From contig OZ024741.1 in NCBI GenBank assembly GCA_964016885.1, positions 391,468,001 to 391,532,000 on the forward strand: a stretch of DNA of 64,000 nucleotides. The letters are read 5' to 3'. The DNA comes from Eledone cirrhosa (taxonomy: Eukaryota). Below, piece after piece: positions 15,001 through 30,000 of the stretch. Position 1 is the first letter of the stretch; every line of letters starts with the position of its first letter. The notes under the pieces are model-generated. The model was not told the origin of the DNA. It saw only the letters and a program-made list of their open reading frames with translations, and ran no database searches. The translations under genes and the position numbers were made by a program.

Positions 15001-18000
15001 TATAGAGAGAGAGGGGGACAGAGAGAGGTCATTGTTACTATAGTAAAGTTGGTGGTGTCTGGGTTGTATATATAGAGAGAGAGGGACAGAGAGAGGTCAT
15101 TGTTACTATAGTAAAGTTGGTAATGTCTGGGTTGTATATATATAGAGAGAGAGGGGGACAGAGAGAGGTCATTGTTACTATAGTAAAGTTGGTAATGTCT
15201 GGGTTGTATATATATAGAGAGAGAGGGACAGAGAGAGGTCATTGTTACTATAGTAAAGTTGGTGGTGTCTGGGTTGTATATAGAGAGAGAGGGGGACAGA
15301 GAGAGGTCATTGTTACTATAGTAAAATTGGTAATGTCTGGGTTGTATATATAGAGAAAGGGGGGGACAGAGAGAGGTCATTGTTACTATAGTAAAGTTGG
15401 TAATGTCTGGGTTGTATATAGAGAGAGGGGGACAGAGAGAGGTCATTGTTACTATAGTAAAGTTGGTAATGTCTGGGTTGTATGTATAGAGAGAGAGGGG
15501 GACAGAGAGAGGTCATTGTTACTATAGTAAAGTTGGTAATGTCTGGGTTGTATATAGAGAGACAGGGACAGAGAGAGGTCATTGTTACTATAGTAAAGTT
15601 GGTGGTGTCTGGGTTGTCTATAGAGAGAGATGGGGACAGAGAGAGGTCATTGTTACTATAGTAAAGTTCGTAATGTCTGGGTTGTATATATAGAGAGAGG
15701 GGGACAGAGAGAGGTCATTGTTACTATAGTAAAGTTGGTGGTGTCTGGGTTGTATATATAGAGAGAGAGGGACAGAGAGAGGTCATTGTTACTATAGTAA
15801 AGTTGGTAATGTGTGGGTTGTATGTATAGAGAGAGAGGGGGACAGAGAGAGGTCATTGTTACTATAGTAAAGTTGGTAATGTCTGGGTTGTATTATATAG
15901 AGACAGGGACAGAGAGAGGTCATTGTTACTATAGTAAAGTTGGTGGTGTCTGGGTTGTCTATAGAGAGAGATGGGGACAGAGAGAGGTCATTGTTACTAT
16001 AGTAAAGTTCGTAATGTCTGGGTTGTATATATAGAGAGAGGGGGTCAGAGAGAGGTCATTGTTACTATAGTAAAGTTGGTAATGTCTGGGTTGTATATAG
16101 AGAGAGAGGGGGACAGAGAGAGGTCATTGTTACTATAGTAAAATTGGGAATGTCTGGGTTGTATATATAGAGAAAGAGGGGGACAGAGAGAGGTCATTGT
16201 TACTATAGTAAAGTTGGTAATGTCTGGGTTGTATATATATAGAGAGAGAGGGACAGAGAGAGGTCATTGTTACTATAGTAAAGTTGGTGGTGTCTGGGTT
16301 GTATATAGAGAGAGAGGGGGACAGAGAGAGGTCATTGTTACTACAGTAAAGTTGGTGGTGTCTGGGTTGTATATAGAGAGAAGGGGACAGAGAGGGGTCA
16401 TTGTTACTATAGTAAAATTGGTAATGTCTGGGTTGTATATATAGAGAAAGAGGGGGACAGAGAGAGGTCATTGTTACTATAGCAAAGTTGGTAATGTCTG
16501 GGTTGTATATATAGAGAGAGGGGGACAGAGAGAGGTCATTGTTACTATAGTAAAGTTGGTAATGTCTGGGTTGTATATAGAGAGAGAGGGGGACAGAGAG
16601 AGGTCATTGTTACTATAGTAAAGTTGGTAATGTCTGGGTTGTATATATAGAGAAAGAGGGGGACAGAGAGAGGTCATTGTTACTATAGTAAAGTTGGTAA
16701 TGTCTGGGTTGTATATAGAGAAAGGGGGACAGAGAGAGGTCATTGTTACTATAGTAAAGTTGGTAATGTCTGGGTTGTATATAGAGAGAGAGGGACAGAG
16801 AGAGGTCATCGTTACTATAGTAAAGTTGGTGGTGTCTGGGTTGTCTATAGAGAGAGAGGGGGACAGGGAGAGGTCATTGTTACTATAGTAAAGTTGGTGG
16901 TGTCTGGGTTGTATATAGAGAGAGAGGGGGACAGGGAGAGGTCATTGTTACTATAGTAAAGTTGGTAATGTCTGGGTTGTATATATATAGAGAGAGAGGG
17001 GGACAGAGAGAGGTCATTGTTACTATAGTAAAGTTGGTAATGTCTGGGTTGTATATATATAGAGAGAGAGGGACAGAGAGAGGTCATTGTTACTATAGTA
17101 AAGTTGGTGGTGTCTGGGTTGTATATAGAGAGAGAGGGGGACAGAGAGAGGTCATTGTTACTATAGTAAAATTGGTAATGTCTGGGTTGTATATATAGAG
17201 AAAGGGGGGGACAGAGAGAGGTCATTGTTACTATAGTAAAGTTGGTAATGTCTGGGTTGTATATAGAGAGAGGGGGACAGAGAGAGGTCATTGTTACTAT
17301 AGTAAAGTTGGTAATGTCTGGGTTGTATGTATAGAGAGAGAGGGGGACAGAGAGAGGTCATTGTTACTATAGTAAAGTTGGTAATGTCTGGGTTGTATAT
17401 AGAGAGACAGGGACAGAGAGAGGTCATTGTTACTATAGTAAAGTTGGTGGTGTCTGGGTTGTCTATAGAGAGAGATGGGGACAGAGAGAGGTCATTGTTA
17501 CTATAGTAAAGTTCGTAATGTCTGGGTTGTATATATAGAGAGAGGGGGACAGAGAGAGGTCATTGTTACTATAGTAAAGTTGGTGGTGTCTGGGTTGTAT
17601 ATATAGAGAGAGAGGGACAGAGAGAGGTCATTGTTACTATAGTAAAGTTGGTAATGTCTGGGTTGTATATAGAGAGACAGGGACAGAGAGAGGTCATCGT
17701 TACTATAGTAAAGTTGGTGGTGTCTGGGTTGTCTATAGAGAGAGAGGGGGACAGGGAGAGGTCATTGTTACTATAGTAAAGTTGGTGGTGTCTGGGTTGT
17801 ATATAGAGAGAGAGGGGGACAGGGAGAGGTCATTGTTACTATAGTAAAGTTGGTGGTGTCTGGGTTGTATATAGAGAGAGAGGGGGACAGAGAGAGGTCA
17901 TTGTTACTATAGTAAAATTGGTAATGTCTGGGTTGTATATATAGAGAAAGAGGGGGACAGAGAGAGGTCATTGTTACTATAGTAAAGTTGGTAATGTCTG

Positions 18001-21000
18001 GGTTGTATATAGAGAGAGGGGGACAGAGAGAGGTCATTGTTACTATAGTAAAGTTGGTAATGTCTGGGTTGTATGTATAGAGAGAGAGAGGGACAGAGAG
18101 AGGTCATTGTTACTATAGTAAAGTTGGTAATGTCTGGGTTGTATATAGAGAGACAGGGACAGAGAGAGGTCATTGTTACTATAGTAAAGTTGGTGGTGTC
18201 TGGGTTGTCTATAGAGAGAGAGGGGGACAGAGAGAGGTCATTGTTACTATAGTAAAGTTCGTAATGTCTGGGTTGTATATATAGAGAGAGGGGGACAGAG
18301 AGAGGTCATTGTTACTATAGTAAAGTTGGTGGTGTCTGGGTTGTATATATAGAGAGAGAGGGACAGAGAGAGGTCATTGTTACTATAGTAAAGTTGGTGG
18401 TGTCTGGGTTGTATATATAGAGAGAGAGAGGGACAGAGAGAGGTCATTGTTACTATAGTAAAGTTGGTAATGTCTGGGTTGTATATATATAGATAGAGAG
18501 AGGGACAGAGAGAGGTCATTGTTACTATAGTAAAGTTGGTAATGTCTGGGTTATATATATATAGAGAGAGAGGGACAGAGAGAGGTCATTGTTACTATAG
18601 TAAAGTTGGTGGTGTCTGGGTTGTATATAGAGAGAGAGGGGGACAGAGAGAGGTCATTGTTACTATAGTAGAGTTGGTGGTGTCTGGGTTTTATATAGAG
18701 AGAGGGGGTCAGAGAGAGGTCATTGTTACTATAGTAAAGTTGGTAATGTCTGGGTTGTATATAGAGAGAGGGGGACAGAGAGAGGTCATTGTTACTATAG
18801 TAAAATTGGTAATGTCTGGGTTGTATATATAGAGAGAGAGGGAGACAGAGAGAGGTCATTGTTACTATAGTAAAGTTGGTGGTGTCTGCGTTGTATATAG
18901 AGAGAGAGGGGGACAGAGAGAGGTCATTGTTACTATAGTAAAGTTGGTAATGTCTGGGTTGTATATAGAGAGAGAGGGGGACAGAGAGAGGTCATTGTTA
19001 CTATAGTAAAATTGGTAATGTCTGGGTTGTATATATAGAGAAAGAGGGGGACAGAGAGAGGTCATTGTTACTATAGTAAAGTTGGTAATGTCTGGGTTGT
19101 ATATATATAGAGAGAGAGGGACAGAGAGAGGTCATTGTTACTATAGTAAAGTTGGTGGTGTTTGGGTTGTATATAGAGAGAGAGGGGGACAGAGAGAGGT
19201 CATTGTTACTATAGTAAAGTTGGTGGTGTCTGGGTTGTATATAGAGAGAAGGGGACAGAGAGGGGTCATTGTTACTATAGTAAAATTGGTAATGTCTGGG
19301 TTGTATATATAGAGAGAGGGGGACAGAGAGAGGTCATTGTTACTATAGTAAAGTTGGTAATGTCTGGGTTGTATATAGAGAGAGGGGGACAGAGAGAGGT
19401 CATTGTTACTATAGTAAAGTTGGTAATGTCTGGGTTGTATATAGAGAGAGAGGGGGACAGAGAGAGGTCATTGTTACTATAGTAAAGTTGGTAATGTCTG
19501 GGTTGTATATATAGAGAGAGGGACAGAGAGAGGTCATTGTTACTATAGTAAAGTTGGTAATGTCTGGGTTGCATATAGAGAGAGAGGGGGACAGAGAGAG
19601 GTCATTGTTACTATAGTAAAGTTGGTAATGTCTGGGTTGTATATAGAGAGAGAGGGGGACAGAGAGAGGTCATTGTTACTATAGTAAAGTTGGTAATGTA
19701 TGGGTTGTATATAGAGAGAGAGAGGGACAGAGAGAGGTCATTGTTACTATAGTAAAGTTGGTAATGTCTGAGTTGTATATAGAGAGAGGGACAGAGAGAG
19801 GTCATTGTTACTATAGTAAAGTTGGTGGTGTCTGGGTTGTATATAGAGAGAGGGGGACAGAGAGAGGTCATTGTTACTATAGTAAAATTGGTAATGTCTG
19901 GGTTGTATATATAGAGAAAGAGGGGGAAAGAGAGAGGTCATTGTTACTATAGTAAAGTTGGTAATGTCTGGGTTGTATATAGAGAGAGGGGGACAGAGAG
20001 AGGTCATTGTTACTATAGTAAAGTTGGTAATGTCTGGGTTGTATGTATAGAGAGAGAGGGGGACAGAGAGAGGTCATTGTTACTATAGTAAAGTTGGTAA
20101 TGTCTGGGTTGTATATAGAGAGACAGGGACAGAGAGAGGTCATTGTTACTATAGTAAAGTTGGTGGTGTCTGGGTTGTCTATAGAGAGAGAGGGGGACAG
20201 AGAGAGGTCATTGTTACTATAGTAAAGTTCGTAATGTCTGGGTTGTATATAGAGAGAGGGGGGCAGAGAGAGGTCATTGTTACTATAGTAAAGTTGGTAA
20301 TGTCTGGGTTGTATGTATAGAGAGAGAGAGGGACAGAGAGAGGTCATTGTTACTATAGTAAAGTTGGTAATGTCTGGGTTGTATATAGAGAGACAGGGAC
20401 AGAGAGAGGTCATTGTTACTATAGTAAAGTTGGTGGTGTCTGGGTTGTCTATAGAGAGAGAGGGGGACAGAGAGAGGTCATTGTTACTATAGTAAAGTTC
20501 GTAATGTCTGGGTTGTATATATAGAGAGAGGGGGACAGAGAGAGGTCATTGTTACTATAGTAAAGTTGGTGGTGTCTGGGTTGTATATATAGAGAGAGAG
20601 GGACAGAGAGAGGTCATTGTTACTATAGTAAAGTTGGTAATGTCTGGGTTGTATATATATAGATAGAGAGAGGGACAGAGACAGGTCATTGTTACTATAG
20701 TAAAGTTGGTAATGTCTGGGTTGTATATATATATAGAGAGAGAGGGACAGAGAGAGGTCATTGTTACTATAGTAAAGTTGGTGGTGTCTGGGTTGTATAT
20801 ATAGAGAGAGAGGGGGACAGAGAGAGGTCATTGTTACTATAGTAGAGTTGGTGGTGTCTGGGTTTTATATAGAGAGAGGGGGTCAGAGAGAGGTCATTGT
20901 TACTATAGTAAAGTTGGTAATGTCTGGGTTGTATATAGAGAGAGGGGGACAGAGAGAGGTCATTGTTACTATAGTAAAGTTGGTAATGTCTGGGTTGTAT

Positions 21001-24000
21001 GTATAGAGAGAGAGGGGGACAGACAGAGGTCATTGTTACTATAGTAAAGTTGGTGGTGTCTGGGTTGTATATAGAGAGAGGGGGACAGAGAGAGGTCATT
21101 GTTACTATAGTAAAATTGGTAATGTCTGGGTTGTATATATAGAGAAAGTGGGGGACAGAGAGAGGTCATTGTTACTATAGTAAAGTTGGTAATGTCTGGG
21201 TTGTATATAGAGAGAGGGGGACAGAGAGAGGTCATTGTTACTATAGTAAAGTTGGTAATGTCTGGGTTGTATGTATAGAGAGAGAGAGGGACAGAGAGAG
21301 GTCATTGTTACTATAGTAAAGTTGGTAATGTCTGGGTTGTATATAGAGAGACAGGGACAGAGAGAGGTCATTGTTACTATAGTAAAGTTGGTGGTGTCTG
21401 GGTTGTCTATAGAGAGAGAGGGGGACAGAGAGAGGTCATTGTTACTATAGTAAAGTTCGTAATGTCTGGGTTGTATATATAGAGAGAGGGGGACAGAGAG
21501 AGGTCATTGTTACTATAGTAAAGTTGGTGGTGTCTGGGTTGTATATATAGAGAGAGAGGGACAGAGAGAGGTCATTGTTACTATAGTAAAGTTGGTAATG
21601 TCTGGGTTGTATATATATAGATAGAGAGAGGGACAGAGAGAGGTCATTGTTACTATAGTAAAGTTGGTAATGTCTGGGTTGTATATATATAGAGAGAGAG
21701 GGACAGAGAGAGGTCATTGTTACTATAGTAAAGTTGGTGGTGTCTGGGTTGTATATAGAGAGAGAGGGGGACAGAGAGAGGTCATTGTTACTATAGTAGA
21801 GTTGGTGGTGTCTGGGTTTTATATAGAGAGAGGGGGTCAGAGAGAGGTCATTGTTACTATAGTAAAGTTGGTAATGTCTGGGTTGTATATAGAGAGAGGG
21901 GGACAGAGAGAGGTCATTGTTACTATAGTAAAATTGGTAATGTCTGGGTTGTATATATAGAGAGAGAGGGAGACAGAGAGAGGTCATTGTTACTATAGTA
22001 AAGTTGGTAATGTCTGGGTTGTATATAGAGAGAGAGGGGGACAGAGAGAGGTCATTGTTACTATAGTAAAATTGGTAATGTCTGGGTTGTATATAGAGAG
22101 AGAGGGGGACAGAGAGAGGTCATTGTTACTATAGTAAAGTTGGTGGTGTCTGGGTTGTATATATATAGAGAGAGAGGGACAGAGAGAGGTCATTGTTACT
22201 ATAGTAAAGTTGGTGGTGTTTGGGTTGTATATAGAGAGAGAGGGGGACAGAGAGAGGTCATTGTTACTATAGTAAAGTTGGTGGTGTCTGGGTTGTATAT
22301 AGAGAGAAGGGGACAGAGAGGGGTCATTGTTACTATAGTAAAATTGGTAATGTCTGGGTTGTATATATAGAGAAAGAGGGGGACAGAGAGAGGTCATTGT
22401 TACTATAGTAAAGTTGGTAATGTCTGGGTTGTATATATAGAGAGAGGGGGACAGAGAGAGGTCATTGTTACTATAGTAAAGTTGGTAATGTCTGGGTTGT
22501 ATATAGAGAGAGGGGGACAGAGAGAGGTCATTGTTACTATAGTAAAGTTGGTAATGTCTGGGTTGTATATAGAGAGAGAGGGGGACAGAGAGAGGTCATT
22601 GTTACTATAGTAAAGTTGGTAATGTCTGGGTTGTATATATAGAGAGAGGGACAGAGAGAGGTCATTGTTACTATAGTAAAGTTGGTAATGTCTGGGTTGC
22701 ATATAGAGAGAGAGGGGGACAGAGAGAGGTCATTGTTACTATAGTAAAGTTGGTAATGTCTGGGTTGTATATAGAGAGAGAGGGGGACAGAGAGAGGTCA
22801 TTGTTACTATAGTAAAGTTGGTAATGTATGGGTTGTATATATAGAGAGAGAGGGACAGAGAGAGGTCATTGTTACTATAGTAAAGTTGGTAATGTCTGAG
22901 TTGTATATAGAGAGAGGGACAGAGAGAGGTCATTGTTACTATAGTAAAGTTGGTGGTGTCTGGGTTGTATATAGAGAGAGGGGGACAGAGAGAGGTCATT
23001 GTTACTATAGTAAAATTGGTAATGTGTGGGTTGTATATATAGAGAAAGAGGGGGAAAGAGAGAGGTCATTGTTACTATAGTAAAGTTGGTAATGTCTGGG
23101 TTGTATATAGAGAGAGGGGGACAGAGAGAGGTCATTGTTACTATAGTAAAGTTGGTAATGTCTGGGTTGTATGTATAGAGAGAGAGGGGGACAGAGAGAG
23201 GTCATTGTTACTATAGTAAAGTTGGTAATGTCTGGGTTGTATATAGAGAGACAGGGACAGAGAGAGGTCATTGTTACTATAGTAAAGTTGGTGGTGTCTG
23301 GGTTGTCTATAGAGAGAGAGGGGGACAGAGAGAGGTCATTGTTACTATAGTAAAGTTCGTAATGTCTGGGTTGTATATATAGAGAGAGGGGGACAGAGAG
23401 AGGTCATTGTTACTATAGTAAAGTTGGTAATGTCTGGGTTGTATATAGAGAGAGAGGGGGACAGAGAGAGGTCATTGTTACTATAGTAAAATTGGTAATG
23501 TCTGGGTTGTATATATAGAGAAAGAGGGGGACAGAGAAAGGTCATTGTTACTATAGTAAAGTTGGTAATGTCTGGGTTGTATATAGAGAGAGAGAGGGGG
23601 ACAGAGAGAGGTCATTGTTACTATAGTAAAGTTGGTAATGTCTGGGTTGTATATAGAGAGAGAGGGGGACAGAGAGAGGTCATTGTTACTATAGTAAAGT
23701 TGGTAATGTCTGGGTTGTATATATATAGAGAGAGGGGGACAGAGAGAGGTCATTGTTACTATAGTAAAGTTGGTGGTGTCTGCGTTGTATATATAGAGAG
23801 AGAGGGGGACAGAGAGAGGTCATTGTTACTATAGTAAAGTTGGTAATGTCTGGGTTGTATATATAGAGAGAGAGGGGACAGAGAGAGGTCATTGTTACTA
23901 TAGTAAACTTGGTAATGTCTGGGTTGTATATATAGAGAGAGGGGGACAGCGAGAGGTCATTGTTACTATAGTAAAGTTGGTAATGTCTGGGTTGTATATA

Positions 24001-27000
24001 TATAGAGAGAGAGGGACAGGGAGAGGTCATTGTTACTATAGTAAAGTTGGTAATGTCTGGGTTGTATATAGAGAGAGAGGGGGACAGAGAGAGGTCATTG
24101 TTACTATAGTAAAGTTGGTGGTGTCTGGGTTCTATATATAGAGAGAGGGGGACAGAGAGAGGTCATCGTTACTATAGTAAAGTTGGTAATGTCTGGGTTG
24201 TATATAGAGAGAGAGGGGGACAGAGAGAGGTCATTGTTACTATAGTAAAGTTGGTAATGTCTGGGTTGTATATAGAGAGAGAGGGGGACAGAGAGAGGTC
24301 ATTGTTACTATAGTAAAGTTGCTAATGTCTGGGTTGTATATAGAGAGAGAGGGGGACAGAGAGAGGTCATTGTTACTATAGTAAAGTTGGTAATGTCTGG
24401 GTTATATATATAGAGAGAGAGGGACAGAGAGAGGTCATTGTTACTATAGTAAAGTTGGTAATGTCTGGGTTGTATATATAGAGAGAGAGGGGGACAGAGA
24501 GAGGTCATTGTTACTATAGTAAAGTTGGTGGTGTCTGTGTTGTATATATAGAGAGAGAGGGACAGAGAGAGGTCATTGTTACTATAGTAAAGTTGGTAAT
24601 GTCTGGGTTGTATATATAGAGAGAGGAGGACAGAGAGAGGTCATTGTTACTATAGTAAAGTTGGTAATGTCTGGATTGTATATATAGAGAGAGAGGGGGA
24701 CAGAGAGAGGTCATTGTTACTATATTAAAGTTGCTGGTGTCTGGGTTGTATATATATATAGAGAGAGGGGGACAGAGAGAGGTCATTGTTACTATAGTAA
24801 AGTTGGTAATGTCTGGGTTGTATATATAGAGAGAGAGGGGGACAGAGAGAGGTCATTGTTACTATAGTAAAGTTGGTGGTGTCTGGGTTGTATATAGAGA
24901 GAGAGAGGGGGACAGAGAGACGTCATTGTTACTATAGTAAAGTTGGTGGTGTCTGGGTTGTATATATAGAGAGAGAGGGAGACAGAGAGAGGTCATTGTT
25001 ACTATAGTAAAGTTGGTAATGTCTGGGTTGTATATATATATAGAGAGAGGGACAGAGAGAGGTCATTGTTACTATAGTAAAGTTGGTAATGTCTGGGTTG
25101 TATATATAGAGAGAGAGAGGGACAGAGAGAGGTCATTGTTACTATATTAAAGTTGCTGGTGTCTGGGTTGTATATATAGAGAGAGGGGGACAGAGAGAGG
25201 TCATTGTTACTATAGTAAAGTTGGTAATGTCTGGGTTGTATATAGAGAGAGGGGGACAGAGAGAGGTCATTGTTACTATAGTAAAGTTGGTAATGTCTGG
25301 GTTGTATGTATAGAGAGAGAGAGGGACAGAGAGAGGTCATTGTTACTATAGTAAAGTTGGTAATGTCTGGGTTGTATATAGAGAGACAGGGACAGAGAGA
25401 GGTCATTGTTACTATAGTAAAGTTGGTGGTGTCTGGGTTGTCTATAGAGAGAGAGGGGGACAGAGAGAGGTCATTGTTACTATAGTAAAGTTCGTAATGT
25501 CTGGGTTGTATATATAGAGAGAGGGGGACAGAGAGAGGTCATTGTTACTATAGTAAAGTTGGTGGTGTCTGGGTTGTATATATAGAGAGAGAGGGACAGA
25601 GAGAGGTCATTGTTACTATAGTAAAGTTGGTAATGTCTGGGTTGTATATATATAGATAGAGAGAGGGACAGAGAGAGGTCATTGTTACTATAGTAAAGTT
25701 GGTGGTGTCTGGGTTGTATATAGAGAGAGAGGGGGACAGAGAGAGGTCATTGTTACTATAGTAGAGTTGGTGGTGTCTGGGTTTTATATAGAGAGAGGGG
25801 GTCAGAGAGAGGTCATTGTTACTATAGTAAAGTTGGTAATGTCTGGGTTGTATATAGAGAGAGGGGGACAGAGAGAGGTCATTGTTACTATAGTAAAATT
25901 GGTAATGTCTGGGTTGTATATATAGAGAGAGAGGGAGACAGAGAGAGGTCATTGTTACTATAGTAAAGTTGGTAATGTCTGGGTTGTATATAGAGAGAGA
26001 GGGGGACAGAGAGAGGTCATTGTTACTATAGTAAAATTGGTAATGTCTGGGTTGTATATAGAGAGAGAGGGGGACAGAGAGAGGTCATTGTTACTATAGT
26101 AAAGTTGGTGGTGTCTGGGTTGTATATATATAGAGAGAGAGGGACAGAGAGAGGTCATTGTTACTATAGTAAAGTTGGTGGTGTTTGGGTTGTATATAGA
26201 GAGAGAGGGGGACAGAGAGAGGTCATTGTTACTATAGTAAAGTTGGTGGTGTCTGGGTTGTATATAGAGAGAAGGGGACAGAGAGGGGTCATTGTTACTA
26301 TAGTAAAATTGGTAATGTCTGGGTTGTATATATAGAGAAAGAGGGGGACAGAGAGAGGTCATTGTTACTATAGTAAAGTTGGTAATGTCTGGGTTGTATA
26401 TATAGAGAGAGGGGGACAGAGAGAGGTCATTGTTACTATAGTAAAGTTGGTAATGTCTGGGTTGTATATAGAGAGAGGGGGACAGAGAGAGGTCATTGTT
26501 ACTATAGTAAAGTTGGTAATGTCTGGGTTGTATATAGAGAGAGAGGGGGACAGAGAGAGGTCATTGTTACTATAGTAAAGTTGGTAATGTCTGGGTTGTA
26601 TATATAGAGAGAGGGACAGAGAGAGGTCATTGTTACTATAGTAAAGTTGGTAATGTCTGGGTTGCATATAGAGAGAGAGGGGGACAGAGAGAGGTCATTG
26701 TTACTATAGTAAAGTTGGTAATGTCTGGGTTGTATATAGAGAGAGAGGGGAACAGAGAGAGGTCATTGTTACTATAGTAAAGTTGGTAATGTATGGGTTG
26801 TATATAGAGAGAGAGAGGGACAGAGAGAGGTCATTGTTACTATAGTAAAGTTGGTAATGTCTGAGTTGTATATAGAGAGAGGGACAGAGAGAGGTCATTG
26901 TTACTATAGTAAAGTTGGTGGTGTCTGGGTTGTATATAGAGAGAGGGGGACAGAGAGAGGTCATTGTTACTATAGTAAAGTTGGTAATGTCTGGGTTGTA

Positions 27001-30000
27001 TATATAGAGAGAGAGGGGGACAGAGAGAGGTCATTGTTACTATAGTAAAGTTGGTGGTGTCTGTGTTGTATATATAGAGAGAGAGGGACAGAGAGAGGTC
27101 ATTGTTACTATAGTAAAGTTGGTAATGTCTGGGTTGTATATATAGAGAGAGGAGGACAGAGAGAGGTCATTGTTACTATAGTAAAGTTGGTAATGTCTGG
27201 ATTGTATATATAGAGAGAGAGGGGGACAGAGAGAGGTCATTGTTACTATATTAAAGTTGCTGGTGTCTGGGTTGTATATATATATAGAGAGAGGGGGACA
27301 GAGAGAGGTCATTGTTACTATAGTAAAGTTGGTAATGTCTGGGTTGTATATATAGAGAGAGAGGGGGACAGAGAGAGGTCATTGTTACTATAGTAAAGTT
27401 GGTGGTGTCTGGGTTGTATATAGAGAGAGAGAGGGGGACAGAGAGACGTCATTGTTACTATAGTAAAGTTGGTGGTGTCTGGGTTGTATATATAGAGAGA
27501 GAGGGAGACAGAGAGAGGTCATTGTTACTATAGTAAAGTTGGTAATGTCTGGGTTGTATATATATATAGAGAGAGGGACAGAGAGAGGTCATTGTTACTA
27601 TAGTAAAGTTGGTAATGTCTGGGTTGTATATATAGAGAGAGAGAGGGACAGAGAGAGGTCATTGTTACTATATTAAAGTTGCTGGTGTCTGGGTTGTATA
27701 TATAGAGAGAGGGGGACAGAGAGAGGTCATTGTTACTATAGTAAAGTTGGTAATGTCTGGGTTGTATATAGAGAGAGGGGGACAGAGAGAGGTCATTGTT
27801 ACTATAGTAAAGTTGGTAATGTCTGGGTTGTATGTATAGAGAGAGAGAGGGACAGAGAGAGGTCATTGTTACTATAGTAAAGTTGGTAATGTCTGGGTTG
27901 TATATAGAGAGACAGGGACAGAGAGAGGTCATTGTTACTATAGTAAAGTTGGTGGTGTCTGGGTTGTCTATAGAGAGAGAGGGGGACAGAGAGAGGTCAT
28001 TGTTACTATAGTAAAGTTCGTAATGTCTGGGTTGTATATATAGAGAGAGGGGGACAGAGAGAGGTCATTGTTACTATAGTAAAGTTGGTGGTGTCTGGGT
28101 TGTATATATAGAGAGAGAGGGACAGAGAGAGGTCATTGTTACTATAGTAAAGTTGGTAATGTCTGGGTTGTATATATATAGATAGAGAGAGGGACAGAGA
28201 GAGGTCATTGTTACTATAGTAAAGTTGGTAATGTCTGGGTTGTATATATATAGAGAGAGAGGGACAGAGAGAGGTCATTGTTACTATAGTAAAGTTGGTG
28301 GTGTCTGGGTTGTATATAGAGAGAGAGGGGGACAGAGAGAGGTCATTGTTACTATAGTAGAGTTGGTGGTGTCTGGGTTTTATATAGAGAGAGGGGGTCA
28401 GAGAGAGGTCATTGTTACTATAGTAAAGTTGGTAATGTCTGGGTTGTATATAGAGAGAGGGGGACAGAGAGAGGTCATTGTTACTATAGTAAAATTGGTA
28501 ATGTCTGGGTTGTATATATAGAGAGAGAGGGAGACAGAGAGAGGTCATTGTTACTATAGTAAAGTTGGTAATGTCTGGGTTGTATATAGAGAGAGAGGGG
28601 GACAGAGAGAGGTCATTGTTACTATAGTAAAATTGGTAATGTCTGGGTTGTATATAGAGAGAGAGGGGGACAGAGAGAGGTCATTGTTACTATAGTAAAG
28701 TTGGTGGTGTCTGGGTTGTATATATATAGAGAGAGAGGGACAGAGAGAGGTCATTGTTACTATAGTAAAGTTGGTGGTGTTTGGGTTGTATATAGAGAGA
28801 GAGGGGGACAGAGAGAGGTCATTGTTACTATAGTAAAGTTGGTGGTGTCTGGGTTGTATATAGAGAGAAGGGGACAGAGAGGGGTCATTGTTACTATAGT
28901 AAAATTGGTAATGTCTGGGTTGTATATATAGAGAAAGAGGGGGACAGAGAGAGGTCATTGTTACTATAGTAAAGTTGGTAATGTCTGGGTTGTATATATA
29001 GAGAGAGGGGGACAGAGAGAGGTCATTGTTACTATAGTAAAGTTGGTAATGTCTGGGTTGTATATAGAGAGAGGGGGACAGAGAGAGGTCATTGTTACTA
29101 TAGTAAAGTTGGTAATGTCTGGGTTGTATATAGAGAGAGAGGGGGACAGAGAGAGGTCATTGTTACTATAGTAAAGTTGGTAATGTCTGGGTTGTATATA
29201 TAGAGAGAGGGACAGAGAGAGGTCATTGTTACTATAGTAAAGTTGGTAATGTCTGGGTTGCATATAGAGAGAGAGGGGGACAGAGAGAGGTCATTGTTAC
29301 TATAGTAAAGTTGGTAATGTCTGGGTTGTATATAGAGAGAGAGGGGAACAGAGAGAGGTCATTGTTACTATAGTAAAGTTGGTAATGTATGGGTTGTATA
29401 TAGAGAGAGAGAGGGACAGAGAGAGGTCATTGTTACTATAGTAAAGTTGGTAATGTCTGAGTTGTATATAGAGAGAGGGACAGAGAGAGGTCATTGTTAC
29501 TATAGTAAAGTTGGTGGTGTCTGGGTTGTATATAGAGAGAGGGGGACAGAGAGAGGTCATTGTTACTATAGTAAAATTGGTAATGTCTGGGTTGTATATA
29601 TAGAGAAAGAGGGGGAAAGAGAGAGGTCATTGTTACTATAGTAAAGTTGGTAATGTCTGGGTTGTATATAGAGAGAGGGGGACAGAGAGAGGTCATTGTT
29701 ACTATAGTAAAGTTGGTAATGTCTGGGTTGTATGTATAGAGAGAGAGGGGGACAGAGAGAGGTCATTGTTACTATAGTAAAGTTGGTAATGTCTGGGTTG
29801 TATATAGAGAGACAGGGACAGAGAGAGGTCATTGTTACTATAGTAAAGTTGGTGGTGTCTGGGTTGTCTATAGAGAGAGAGGGGGACAGAGAGAGGTCAT
29901 TGTTACTATAGTAAAGTTCGTAATGTCTGGGTTGTATATATAGAGAGAGGGGGACAGAGAGAGGTCATTGTTACTATAGTAAAGTTGGTAATGTCTGGGT